Of a stretch of 49,884 bases of DNA, positions 40,131 to 49,884 are shown in pieces. The translations under genes were made by a program, and so were the position numbers. The first letter of the stretch is position 1. The number at the start of each line of letters is the position of its first letter. Origin of the DNA: Leucobacter soli (GTDB lineage: Bacteria > Actinomycetota > Actinomycetes > Actinomycetales > Microbacteriaceae); contig JBEBTD010000001.1 of assembly GCA_040393965.1 (NCBI GenBank), positions 1 to 49,884 on the forward strand, read 5' to 3'. A model generated the notes under the pieces. It searched no databases. It saw only the letters and a list, made by a program, of their open reading frames with translations, and was not told the origin of the DNA.

Positions 40131-41995
40131 TTCTTGGCCTCCTTACCCTCGACGTCGCCGGAGAGTGCGGCGATGAAGGCCTCCTGCGGCACCTCGACGC
40201 GGCCGACCATCTTCATGCGCTTCTTGCCCTCCTTCTGCTTCTCGAGCAGCTTGCGCTTGCGGCTGATGTCGCCGCCGTAGCACTTGGCGAGCACATCCTT
40301 CCGGATCGCGCGGATGGTCTCCCGCGCGATGACGCGCGCCCCGATGGCGGCCTGGATGGGCACCTCGAACTGCTGTCTCGGGATGAGCTTGCGCAGGCGC
40401 TCGGCCATCATCGTGCCGTAGTGGTAGGCGTTGTCCTTGTGCACGATCGCGCTGAACGCGTCGACCTTGTCGCCCTGCAGCAGGATGTCGACCTTGACGA
40501 GCTCCGCCTCCTGCTCGCCCATCGGCTCGTAGTCGAGCGAGGCGTAGCCCTGGGTGCGGCTCTTCAGATGGTCGAAGAAGTCGAAGACGATCTCGCCGAG
40601 GGGCATGCCGTAGCGCAACTCGACGCGCTCGCCGAGGTACTCCATGCCGAGCAGGCTGCCCCGGCGCGACTGGCAGAGCTCCATGATCGTGCCGACGTAA
40701 TCCTTCGGGGCGAGGATCGCGACGCGCACCATGGGCTCGCGCACCGACGCGATCTTGCCGTCGGGGTACTCGCTCGGGTTGGTGACCGTGACCTCGGCGC
40801 CGTCCTCGCGCGTGACCTGGTAGACCACGCTCGGGGCGGTCGCGATGAGGTCGAGATCGAACTCGCGGCGCAGCCGCTCGCTGATGATCTCGAGGTGCAG
40901 CAGTCCGAGGAAGCCGCAGCGGAAGCCGAAGCCGAGCGCGACCGAGGTCTCGGGCTCGTACTGCAGGGCGGCGTCGCTGAGCTTGAGCTTGTCGAGCGCC
41001 TCCCGCAGCACCGGGTAGTCGCTGCCGTCGATCGGGTACAGCCCGGAGAAGACCATCGGCTTCGGGTCGGTGTAGCCGGGGAGCGCCGCTTCGGCGGGCT
41101 TCAGCTTCGTGGTGACGGTGTCGCCGACCTTCGACTGGCGCACGTCCTTCACTCCGGTGATGAGGTAGCCCACCTCGCCCACCGCGAGACCCTTCGTCGG
41201 CGTCGGCCCCGGAGAGGAGACACCGATCTCGAGCGCCTCGTGCTCCGCCTTCGTCGACAGCATGAGGATCTTCTCGCGCGGCGTGAGCCGGCCGTCGACC
41301 ATGCGCACGTAGGTGACGACGCCGCGATAGGGATCGTAGACCGAGTCGAAGATCATCGCTCTCGCGGGCGCATCGGCATCGCCGACCGGTGCCGGCACCC
41401 GCTCGACGACGCGGTCGAGCAGCGCTTCGACGCCCATGCCGGTCTTTCCGGAGACCTTGAGGATGTCGTCGGGGTCGCCGCCGATGAGATCGGCGATCTC
41501 GCGAGAGACCCGCTCGGGATCGGCAGCGGGCAGGTCGATCTTGTTCAGCACCGGGATGATCTCGAGATCGTTCTCCATGGCGAGGTAGAGGTTCGCCAGC
41601 GTCTGGGCTTCGATGCCCTGCGCGGCGTCGACGAGCAGGATGGCGCCCTCGCAGGCCGCGAGCGAGCGCGAGACCTCGTAGCTGAAGTCGACGTGCCCCG
41701 GCGTGTCGATCATGTTGAGCACGTAGCTGCGCGGCTTCCCCGTCTCGGGGTCGTCGAGATCCCAATGCATGCGCACGGCCTGCGACTTGATCGTGATGCC
41801 GCGCTCGCGCTCGATGTCCATGTTGTCGAGGTACTGCGCGCGCATGTCGCGATCCGAGACCGTGCCCGTGATCTGCAGCATACGATCGGCCAGGGTCGAC
41901 TTGCCGTGGTCGATGTGCGCGATGATGCAGAAATTGCGGATCTGCCCGGGGTCGGTCGCGGCCGGGGCTGGGGGGTTCACACTGCGAGGAGACAT
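40127..41995 (-). CDS. lepA: translation elongation factor 4 (LepA)
   Basis: [49 protein letters not shown]. Confidence 0.98.
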   Translation of the reverse strand: MSPRSVNPPAPAATDPGQIRNFCIIAHIDHGKSTLADRMLQITGTVSDRDMRAQYLDNMDIERERGITIKSQAVRMHWDLDDPETGKPRSYVLNMIDTPGHVDFSYEVSRSLAACEGAILLVDAAQGIEAQTLANLYLAMENDLEIIPVLNKIDLPAADPERVSREIADLIGGDPDDILKVSGKTGMGVEALLDRVVERVPAPVGDADAPARAMIFDSVYDPYRGVVTYVRMVDGRLTPREKILMLSTKAEHEALEIGVSSPGPTPTKGLAVGEVGYLITGVKDVRQSKVGDTVTTKLKPAEAALPGYTDPKPMVFSGLYPIDGSDYPVLREALDKLKLSDAALQYEPETSVALGFGFRCGFLGLLHLEIISERLRREFDLDLIATAPSVVYQVTREDGAEVTVTNPSEYPDGKIASVREPMVRVAILAPKDYVGTIMELCQSRRGSLLGMEYLGERVELRYGMPLGEIVFDFFDHLKSRTQGYASLDYEPMGEQEAELVKVDILLQGDKVDAFSAIVHKDNAYHYGTMMAERLRKLIPRQQFEVPIQAAIGARVIARETIRAIRKDVLAKCYGGDISRKRKLLEKQKEGKKRMKMVGRVEVPQEAFIAALSGDVEGKEAKK

Positions 41996-42036
41996 ACGGG
42001 GCTATTCTCTCATCTCTCGGACAAGCATCTCTCAGA

Positions 42037-42072
42037 CAAAAGCCCCCGCTCCGGGCGGAGCAGGGGCTGTTG
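42037..42072 (-). terminator. intrinsic terminator after rpsT
   Basis: Minus strand agcccctgctccg-cc-cggagcgggggcttttg. Confidence 0.75.
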
Positions 42073-42087
42073 CGAAACTGTACGCGA

Positions 42088-42348
42088 TTAGAGCGCGGCC
42101 ACCTTGACGGCGAGCTTCGACTTGCGGTTCGCGGCCTGGTTCTTGTGGATGACACCCTTCGAGACGGCCTTGTCGAGCTTGCGACCCGCATGCGCGACCT
42201 TCTGCTCGGCGAGGGCCTTGTCGCCCGCGGCGATGGCCTCGCGGGCCTGGCGCACGACGGTGCGCAGCTCGCTCTTGTAGGCCTTGTTGCGCTCGGTCGC
42301 CTTCTGGTTGGTCTTGATGCGCTTGATCTGCGACTTGATGTTTGCCAC
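42088..42348 (-). CDS. rpsT: 30S ribosomal protein S20
   Basis: [29 protein letters not shown]; GTG at 42348. Confidence 0.97.
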   Translation of the reverse strand: MANIKSQIKRIKTNQKATERNKAYKSELRTVVRQAREAIAAGDKALAEQKVAHAGRKLDKAVSKGVIHKNQAANRKSKLAVKVAAL

Positions 42349-42541
42349 TTGGGTGGGATCCTTCTGGTTGAGAAGCTGTTTCGGGTTGTCTCGAGCGGTG
42401 AGAGAGGGCACCGCCCGAAGGGTGTGGATCACTCCACACGCAAGCCAAGGATCAACTCTAGCAGAACCAAGGCTTTGAGGGCAAAGCATCGCTTCGCGCC
42501 TCGGGCGGGCACGGCGGGGTCGGGTCGGGATCGCGCGAACG

Positions 42542-43009
42542 CTAGGCTCGGCGCAAGCGCAGCGGCTCGTCCGTCCACGGCTCGATCGAGGATCGCGCCT
42601 CCGGGCTCAGCCGCTGCGGCAGGCCGGACTCGGCGTCGACCATCACGATGGTGCTGATGCCGCGAGCGACGACCGCGCGCTCGGATAGGGATCCGTCGAG
42701 GATCTCGGCGTGGATCTCGAGGCTCGAACCGCCGATGCGACCCACCCAGAGCTCCGCCACGATCGGCTGATCCCCGTACTCGAGCACGCGCAGGAACTCG
42801 ATCTGCTGGCTCGCCAGCAGCATCATCGGCCCGCCGGGAACGTCGCCCCGGAAATGCCGCTCCATCCCGGTGCGCTCGCGGCCCGACCCCTGGAAGAAGA
42901 CGCGCACGCGCGCCTCCTCCAGATAGCGGGCGTAGGCCACGTTGTTGATGTGTCCGTAGGCGTCCTGGTCGGCCCAGCGGAGCTCGAGGTCGACGTGCGC
43001 ACGCGCCAT
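42542..43009 (-). CDS. acyl-CoA thioesterase (4HBT/YbgC-like)
   Basis: [25 protein letters not shown]. Confidence 0.9.
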   Translation of the reverse strand: MARAHVDLELRWADQDAYGHINNVAYARYLEEARVRVFFQGSGRERTGMERHFRGDVPGGPMMLLASQQIEFLRVLEYGDQPIVAELWVGRIGGSSLEIHAEILDGSLSERAVVARGISTIVMVDAESGLPQRLSPEARSSIEPWTDEPLRLRRA

Positions 43010-43019
43010 GGGCGGGGCC

Positions 43020-44699
<1,680 letters not shown>

Positions 44700-44789
44700 G
44701 ATGGCTCAAGCTTAGCGGCTCGCAGGCTTCGCGGCCCGCCCCGGAGGAGTCCGAGCCCGAGGTTGAGGCGGTGGCCTCAGCGCTCCGTC

Positions 44790-44812
44790 GGAGAAACGCG
44801 ACGCGTTTCTCC
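44790..44812. repeat. near-perfect palindrome
   Basis: ggagaaacgcg-a-cgcgtttctcc between lipoprotein gene and ettA. Confidence 0.6.
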
Positions 44813-44868
44813 CTGAGAGGGTCGCGCCGTCCATACGCCGCGCGAAGCGATGCTTCGCTCCCAGCGGC

Positions 44869-45348
44869 TTAGTCCCAGTCGATCGCGCGCGTGTTGCCGA
44901 TCAGGCAGACGTTCTGCTCGGGGCCCACGGCCGGCTGCACGGTCGTGACGACGCTGCGGTCGCCCGTGACCACCTGCCCGATGAGACAGCCCTCCCCAAA
45001 GCGCGCCGAGACGAAGATGCTGTCGGCGATGAGATCGGTCTTGCTGCGATCGAAGCTCACCTGCATGCTCGACTTCTCGAAGCCCGCCGCGGCGAGCGAG
45101 TCCACGATGGGTCTCCCCTCGACCGGCTGCTCCCCCTCGGCGAACTGCCGCAGGGTCGCGTCGAAGTACGCCAGGTTCTGCTCGGCGCTCCCGTCGGGGT
45201 GCAGTTCGGCTACGGCGTCGGGCACCTGGACGGGCGCCTCGGGCGTCGACGGGGCGAAACCCGATGGGATGGCGGTGCAGCCGGCGAGACCGATTGCCGC
45301 TGCGGCCAGCAGGATCGCGATCGGTGCAGTGAGGCGCGAACGGTGCAT
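44869..45348 (-). CDS. putative lipoprotein (DUF6993-like)
   Basis: Signal peptide with LAGC lipobox; two conserved-looking CLIG motifs, C-terminal TRAIDW; ATG at 45348. Confidence 0.75.
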   Translation of the reverse strand: MHRSRLTAPIAILLAAAAIGLAGCTAIPSGFAPSTPEAPVQVPDAVAELHPDGSAEQNLAYFDATLRQFAEGEQPVEGRPIVDSLAAAGFEKSSMQVSFDRSKTDLIADSIFVSARFGEGCLIGQVVTGDRSVVTTVQPAVGPEQNVCLIGNTRAIDWD

Positions 45349-45614
45349 ACCCGTCAGTGTATCGGGCGTCGCCTGCGGGCCTGCGAGCGCGCTCCCCGCC
45401 CGCCGCAGGTTCATCGCCGATTCGGCCTCGCCTCGGTGCCGGTTCGTCGTCGATCCGGTGTCGGTTCGTCGTCCACAGTGAGCCGCCCGCTGGGAGTTCA
45501 CCGAGTTCTCCACAGATCCGATCCTCTGGCCACGAAGGCAGCCCCGCTCGTCGCATGCTGGATGCAGTCGGGGAACGGCGAAGAGGTCGAACCCCTGGAG
45601 AGAAGGAGCACAGC

Positions 45615-46115
45615 ATGACCACCACCATCAGCGTCGTCGGGACGATCGCGACGGATCCGAAGCTCATCACGCCCGCATCGGGGGTGACGTTCTGCTCGTT
45701 CCGGCTCGCCAGCGACGAGCGCCGCTACGATCGCGAGCAGCAGAGCTGGGTCTCGGGCGACACCAACTGGTTCGGCGTGGTCGCATTCCGCGGGCTCGCC
45801 GGGCACGCACAGGAGTCGTTCAAGAAGGGCGACCGAGTGATCGTCTCGGGCAAGCTGCGCATGCGGAAGTGGGAGAAGGACGAGCGCAAGGGCACCTCGG
45901 TCGAGATCGACGCCGAAGCCATCGGCCACGACGTGCGTTGGGGCGTCTCGCGCTTCGAGAAGCGGGTCGGCGCGAACGGCGCGGGCGGCGCCGAGTCGGT
46001 GCAGGCGCAGGAGAACGAGACCCGGAACACCGGGGGTCACGAGATCGGAACCCGGGTCGACGACCAGGGCGAGACGGGTGGGGACGGCTTCCTGCCCGAT
46101 CTCGCCGCCGCATAG
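45615..46115 (+). CDS. ssb: single-stranded DNA-binding protein (paralogous SsbB type)
   Basis: OB-fold ISVVGTIATDP, FRLAS..R, KGDRVIVSGKL, GHDVRWG; AGAAGGAG RBS before ATG 45615. Confidence 0.88.
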   Translation: MTTTISVVGTIATDPKLITPASGVTFCSFRLASDERRYDREQQSWVSGDTNWFGVVAFRGLAGHAQESFKKGDRVIVSGKLRMRKWEKDERKGTSVEIDAEAIGHDVRWGVSRFEKRVGANGAGGAESVQAQENETRNTGGHEIGTRVDDQGETGGDGFLPDLAAA

Positions 46116-46136
46116 CCCGGACGGGGTCGGCCTCGC

Positions 46137-46661
46137 TCAGTTCAGGTACTCGGCGAAGGCCGCGCGCACCTTGTTGACCTTGGGCACGGCGACAGCGAGG
46201 CAGTAGCCCTGCGTCGGGTTCTTCGCGAAGAAGTCCTGGTGCTCCTCGGGTGCCGGGTAGACGGGGCCGAGCGGCTCGATCTCGGTCACGATGGGCGCGG
46301 GCCACCAATCGGACGCACGGTTCCGGGCAGCCTCGAACTGGCGGCGCTGATCGTCGTCGGCGTAGAACATGGCCGAGCGGTACTGCGTGCCGACGTCGTT
46401 GCCCTGGCGGTTCAGCTGGGTCGGGTCGTGCATGGTGAAGAACGCGTCGAGCACGACCTGTGCGGGCAGGACGGTCTCGTCGAAAGTCACCGCCACCGCC
46501 TCGGCGTGCCCGGTCGCGCCGGTGCACACCAGCTCGTAGCTCGGATCCGGGGCGTGCCCGCCCGTGAAGCAGGAGTGCACATCGGTGACACCGCGCAGCG
46601 CGCGGTAGGCGGCATCGAGGCACCAGTAGCAGCCTCCGGCGAGGACGAAGGTCGTGGTCAT
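46137..46661 (-). CDS. msrA: peptide-methionine (S)-S-oxide reductase
   Basis: [39 protein letters not shown]; ATG overlaps nadE stop. Confidence 0.95.
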   Translation of the reverse strand: MTTTFVLAGGCYWCLDAAYRALRGVTDVHSCFTGGHAPDPSYELVCTGATGHAEAVAVTFDETVLPAQVVLDAFFTMHDPTQLNRQGNDVGTQYRSAMFYADDDQRRQFEAARNRASDWWPAPIVTEIEPLGPVYPAPEEHQDFFAKNPTQGYCLAVAVPKVNKVRAAFAEYLN

Positions 46662-47509
46662 CGCGATTCCTCTCCGCGGTGGTTCGCCCGCCACCAGTCG
46701 TCGTCGGGGGTCACCGGCAGGCGTCGCTTGTGCTCGGTGCTCAGGTAGCGGTGCTCGAGGTTCTCGGAGGCCGCGGGTTCGATCGCTTCTCCGCTCAGAT
46801 AGGCGTCGATCTGGGCATAGCTCACGCCGAGACTCGCCTCGTCCGTCTGGCCGGGCTGGCCGTCGAGCAGGTCGGCCGTCGGCGCCTTCCGCCAGAGCCG
46901 CTCCGGCGCGCCGAGCAGCTGCAGCATCTCGGCGCCCTGGGACTTGCTCAATCCGGCGAGGGGCAGCACGTCCGCCGCTCCGTCGCCGAACTTCGTGAAG
47001 AAGCCGGTGATCGCCTCGGCGGCGTGGTCGGTGCCGATCACGAGCAGGGAACGATCCCCCGCGATGGCGTACTGGGCGACCATGCGCATGCGCGCCTTCA
47101 CATTGCCCTTGTTGAAGTCACTCACCGGCTCCCCGCAGGCCGCCGCAACCTCGTCGGCGAGAGCATCGACCGCGCCGGCGATGTTCACGGTGACGACCCG
47201 GTCGGCGGCCACGAACTCGAGCGCGAGCCGGGCGTCGTCCTCGTCGTGCTGCACCGAGTACGGCAAGCGCACGGCGACGAACTGCGCCTCGCGGCCCTGG
47301 GCGCGCAACCGCTCGACCGCGAGCTGGGCGAGCCGGCCCGCGAGGGAGGAGTCCTGCCCGCCGGAGATGCCGAGCACGAAGCCGCGGGCCCCGGGGATGC
47401 CCGCCGCGTACTCGGCCAGGAACGACACCCGCCGCTCGATCTCGGCCTGCGGGTCGATCTCGGCTCGGGCGCCGAGCGCCTCGATGATCCGTCGCTGAAT
47501 CTCGCGCAT
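46658..47509 (-). CDS. nadE: NH3-dependent NAD+ synthetase
   Basis: [43 protein letters not shown]. Confidence 0.95.
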   Translation of the reverse strand: MREIQRRIIEALGARAEIDPQAEIERRVSFLAEYAAGIPGARGFVLGISGGQDSSLAGRLAQLAVERLRAQGREAQFVAVRLPYSVQHDEDDARLALEFVAADRVVTVNIAGAVDALADEVAAACGEPVSDFNKGNVKARMRMVAQYAIAGDRSLLVIGTDHAAEAITGFFTKFGDGAADVLPLAGLSKSQGAEMLQLLGAPERLWRKAPTADLLDGQPGQTDEASLGVSYAQIDAYLSGEAIEPAASENLEHRYLSTEHKRRLPVTPDDDWWRANHRGEESR

Positions 47510-47554
47510 ACCGCCAGCCTACTCCCCGGGTGTTTCGGGGAGATGACAGGAGGC

Positions 47555-49884
47555 TCAGATATCGCTCAGGCAGCGAGGGCCGAGCAGACCCTTCAACTCG
47601 CCGTACAGATCCGCGGTCACCCGCACCGTCGTCGGCAGCTCGAAGACCCGCACGCCGGTCGAGGTGATCAGGTTCACCCGGATCTCGCTCGTGCCCGGGT
47701 GCCTCGCGAACACGCTGCGCAGCTCCTCCATGAGCTCCGGCGTCGCCCGTGTCTCCGAGAACGTCAGCGGCAGCGTCGTCGTCTCATCCTGCGTGCCTAC
47801 GTCGATGGGCTTCACGCCGTAGGCGTGCATCGAGACGCCGTCGTCGCGCACATTGATCTTTCCCCGCAGGGCGACGATGCTGTCCGCCTGCAGCAACGAG
47901 CCGAACTCCTGGTACGACTTGCCCATGAACAGGGCCTGCATCTCGCCCGTGAAGTCCTCAATCGAGACCGAGCCGTAGAGATTGCCCGACTTCGCAGTGC
48001 GATGCTGCACGCTCGTGAGGAGACCGGCCACCACGACGGTCTCGCCGTCGACCTTCGAGTCTGGGTTCGTGAGGTGCTCCACCGTCGCGGTCGCCTCCTT
48101 GGCGAGCGCGTTCTCGAGCCCGCGCAACGGATGATCCGAGACGTAGAGGCCGAGCATCTCGCGCTCGAAGGCCAGTTTGTCCTTCTTCGTCCACTCAGGG
48201 CGGTCGGGGACGAGAGACACCGAGTCGGCCCCCTGCCCCGTGTCCTCGGCCGCCTCGGCGAAGAGGCTGTCGAAGTCGAAGCCGACATCGCCGTTCTCCT
48301 CCGCCCGTTTCTCCTTCACCGAGCTCTCGACGGCCGACTCGTGGATCTCGACGAGGGCCCGGCGCGTGCCCCCGAGGCCGTCGAACGCCCCGGCCTTGAT
48401 GAGCGACTCGATGGTGCGCTTGTTCAGCACCGCGAGCGGCACCTTCTTGAGGAAGTCGTTGAAGCTCTCGAAGCGGCCCTTGCCCTCTCGGGCCTCGCGA
48501 ATGCCTGCGACCACGTGGCTGCCGACGTTGCGCACCGCGCCGAGGCCGAAGCGGATGTCGTCCCCGACAGCCGAGAAGTCGGCGAAGGACTCGTTGACGG
48601 CCGGCGGCAGCACCTTGATGCCCATGCGCCGGCATTCGTTCAGGTAGAGCGCGAGCTTGTCCTTCGAGTCGCCGACGCTCGTGAGCAGCGCGGCCATGTA
48701 CTCGGCCGGGTAGTGCGCCTTGAGGTACGCCGTCCAGTACGAGACGAGCCCGTACGCTGCCGAGTGGGCCTTGTTGAAGGCGTAGTCCGAGAAGGGGAGC
48801 AGAATGTCCCAGAGCGCCTTGATCGCGGCCTCCGAGAAGCCGCGATCCTTCATGCCGCCGGAGAAGCCGGCGTACTGCTTGTCGAGCTCCTCCTTCTTCT
48901 TCTTGCCCATCGCGCGGCGCAGGATGTCCGCTTGGCCGAGCGAGAAGCCCGCCACCTTCTGCGCGATCGACATCACCTGCTCCTGATAGATGATGAGGCC
49001 GTAGGTGGTGTCGAGGATCTCGCGCAGCGGCTCCTCGAGCTCGGGGTGGATCGGGGTGATCGGCTGCAGGCCGTTCTTGCGGAGCGCGTAGTTCGTGTGG
49101 GAGTCCGCGCCCATCGGACCCGGTCGGTACAGCGCGAGCACGGCCGAGATGTCCTCGAAGTTGTCGGGCTTCATGAGCCGTAGCAGGCCGCGCATGGGCC
49201 CGCCGTCGAGCTGGAAGACGCCGAGCGTATCTCCGCGGGCGAGCAGCTCGTACGAGGGCTTGTCGTCGAGCTCGAGCGCTTCGAGGTCGAGCTCTTCGCC
49301 GCGGTTCTGGCGGATGTTCTCGAGCGCGTCGCTGATGATGGTGAGGTTGCGCAGCCCCAGGAAGTCCATCTTGATGAGGCCGAGACCCTCGCAGGTCGGG
49401 TAGTCGAACTGCGTGACGATCTGGCCGTCCTGCTCCCGCTTCATGATCGGGATGATGTCGATCAGGGGGTCGCTCGACATGATGACGCCGGCGGCGTGGA
49501 CGCCCCACTGGCGTTTGAGTCCCTCAAGGCCGAGCGCGGTCTCGTAGACGGTCTTCGCGTCGGGGTCTTCGGCGAGCACCGTGCGGAACTCGGCCGCCTC
49601 CTTGTAGCGAGGATGGTCGGGATCGGTGATGCCGGAGAGCGGGATGTCCTTCGCCATGACGGCGGGGGGCATGGCCTTCGTGAGCTTCTCGCCCATGCCG
49701 AAGGGGAAGCCGAGCACGCGCGAGGCGTCCTTGAGCGCCTGCTTCGACTTGATGGTGCCGTAGGTGACGATCTGCGCCACGCGCTCGTCCCCGTACTTAT
49801 CGGTGACGTACTTGATCACCTCGCCGCGTCGGCGATCATCGAAGTCGACGTCGAAGTCGGGCATCGAGACACGATCCGGGTTGA
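47555..49884 (-). CDS. dnaE: DNA polymerase III alpha subunit (3' part; start outside window)
   Basis: PDFDVDF, HAAGV, KMDFLGLRNL, ALYRPGP, YAFNKAHS, ERE.LGLYVSDHPL. Confidence 0.97.
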   Translation of the reverse strand, partial: NPDRVSMPDFDVDFDDRRRGEVIKYVTDKYGDERVAQIVTYGTIKSKQALKDASRVLGFPFGMGEKLTKAMPPAVMAKDIPLSGITDPDHPRYKEAAEFRTVLAEDPDAKTVYETALGLEGLKRQWGVHAAGVIMSSDPLIDIIPIMKREQDGQIVTQFDYPTCEGLGLIKMDFLGLRNLTIISDALENIRQNRGEELDLEALELDDKPSYELLARGDTLGVFQLDGGPMRGLLRLMKPDNFEDISAVLALYRPGPMGADSHTNYALRKNGLQPITPIHPELEEPLREILDTTYGLIIYQEQVMSIAQKVAGFSLGQADILRRAMGKKKKEELDKQYAGFSGGMKDRGFSEAAIKALWDILLPFSDYAFNKAHSAAYGLVSYWTAYLKAHYPAEYMAALLTSVGDSKDKLALYLNECRRMGIKVLPPAVNESFADFSAVGDDIRFGLGAVRNVGSHVVAGIREAREGKGRFESFNDFLKKVPLAVLNKRTIESLIKAGAFDGLGGTRRALVEIHESAVESSVKEKRAEENGDVGFDFDSLFAEAAEDTGQGADSVSLVPDRPEWTKKDKLAFEREMLGLYVSDHPLRGLENALAKEATATVEHLTNPDSKVDGETVVVAGLLTSVQHRTAKSGNLYGSVSIEDFTGEMQALFMGKSYQEFGSLLQADSIVALRGKINVRDDGVSMHAYGVKPIDVGTQDETTTLPLTFSETRATPELMEELRSVFARHPGTSEIRVNLITSTGVRVFELPTTVRVTADLYGELKGLLGPRCLSDI

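Noticed and set aside
45459-45480. Third PafBC promoter (TGTCGG upstream of ssb); also TGTCGG at 17889
   Set aside because: No TA-N3-T at the required N10 spacing.
46137-46661. Atypical MsrA active site GCYWC
   Set aside because: A conservative F-to-Y change; the catalytic and resolving cysteines are present.
47555-49884. Intein or split in dnaE
   Set aside because: The visible portion reads as continuous DnaE with no intein-like insertion.

Overview
High-GC actinobacterial chromosomal segment. Gene content and order point to Microbacteriaceae, possibly Leucobacter-like (inference). It is mostly minus-strand housekeeping genes. In transcription order: dnaE (partial), nadE, msrA, ettA, rpsT, lepA, hemW, hrcA-dnaJ-rsmE, HIT-phoH-ybeY-CBS-era, leuA, ruvAB-yajC-secDF-rel, rarA, rpsD, alaS-ruvX-mltG-aroE-aroC-aroK-aroB, an MFS transporter, rpe-hisE-hisG-hisF-hisI-trpE (partial). 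No rRNA, tRNA, transposase, integrase or cas gene was recognised. Notable non-housekeeping signals: (i) an AbiEi-like/DUF559 nuclease gene bracketed by two 60-bp hairpin-forming direct repeats, with an adjacent G-rich tract, at an apparent synteny break; (ii) a DnaA-box-like GTTATCCACAG motif upstream of both AbiEi-like genes and, as a variant, of an ssb paralog; (iii) a 44-bp duplication of the rpsD 3' end plus a perfect 19-bp inverted repeat; (iv) exact PafBC/RecA-NDp promoter matches at ruvA and rarA, a CIRCE element, a leucine leader peptide, and many apparently leaderless promoters. Several starts were re-assigned from the ORF track by hand, and all protein family calls are by motif recognition, not database search.
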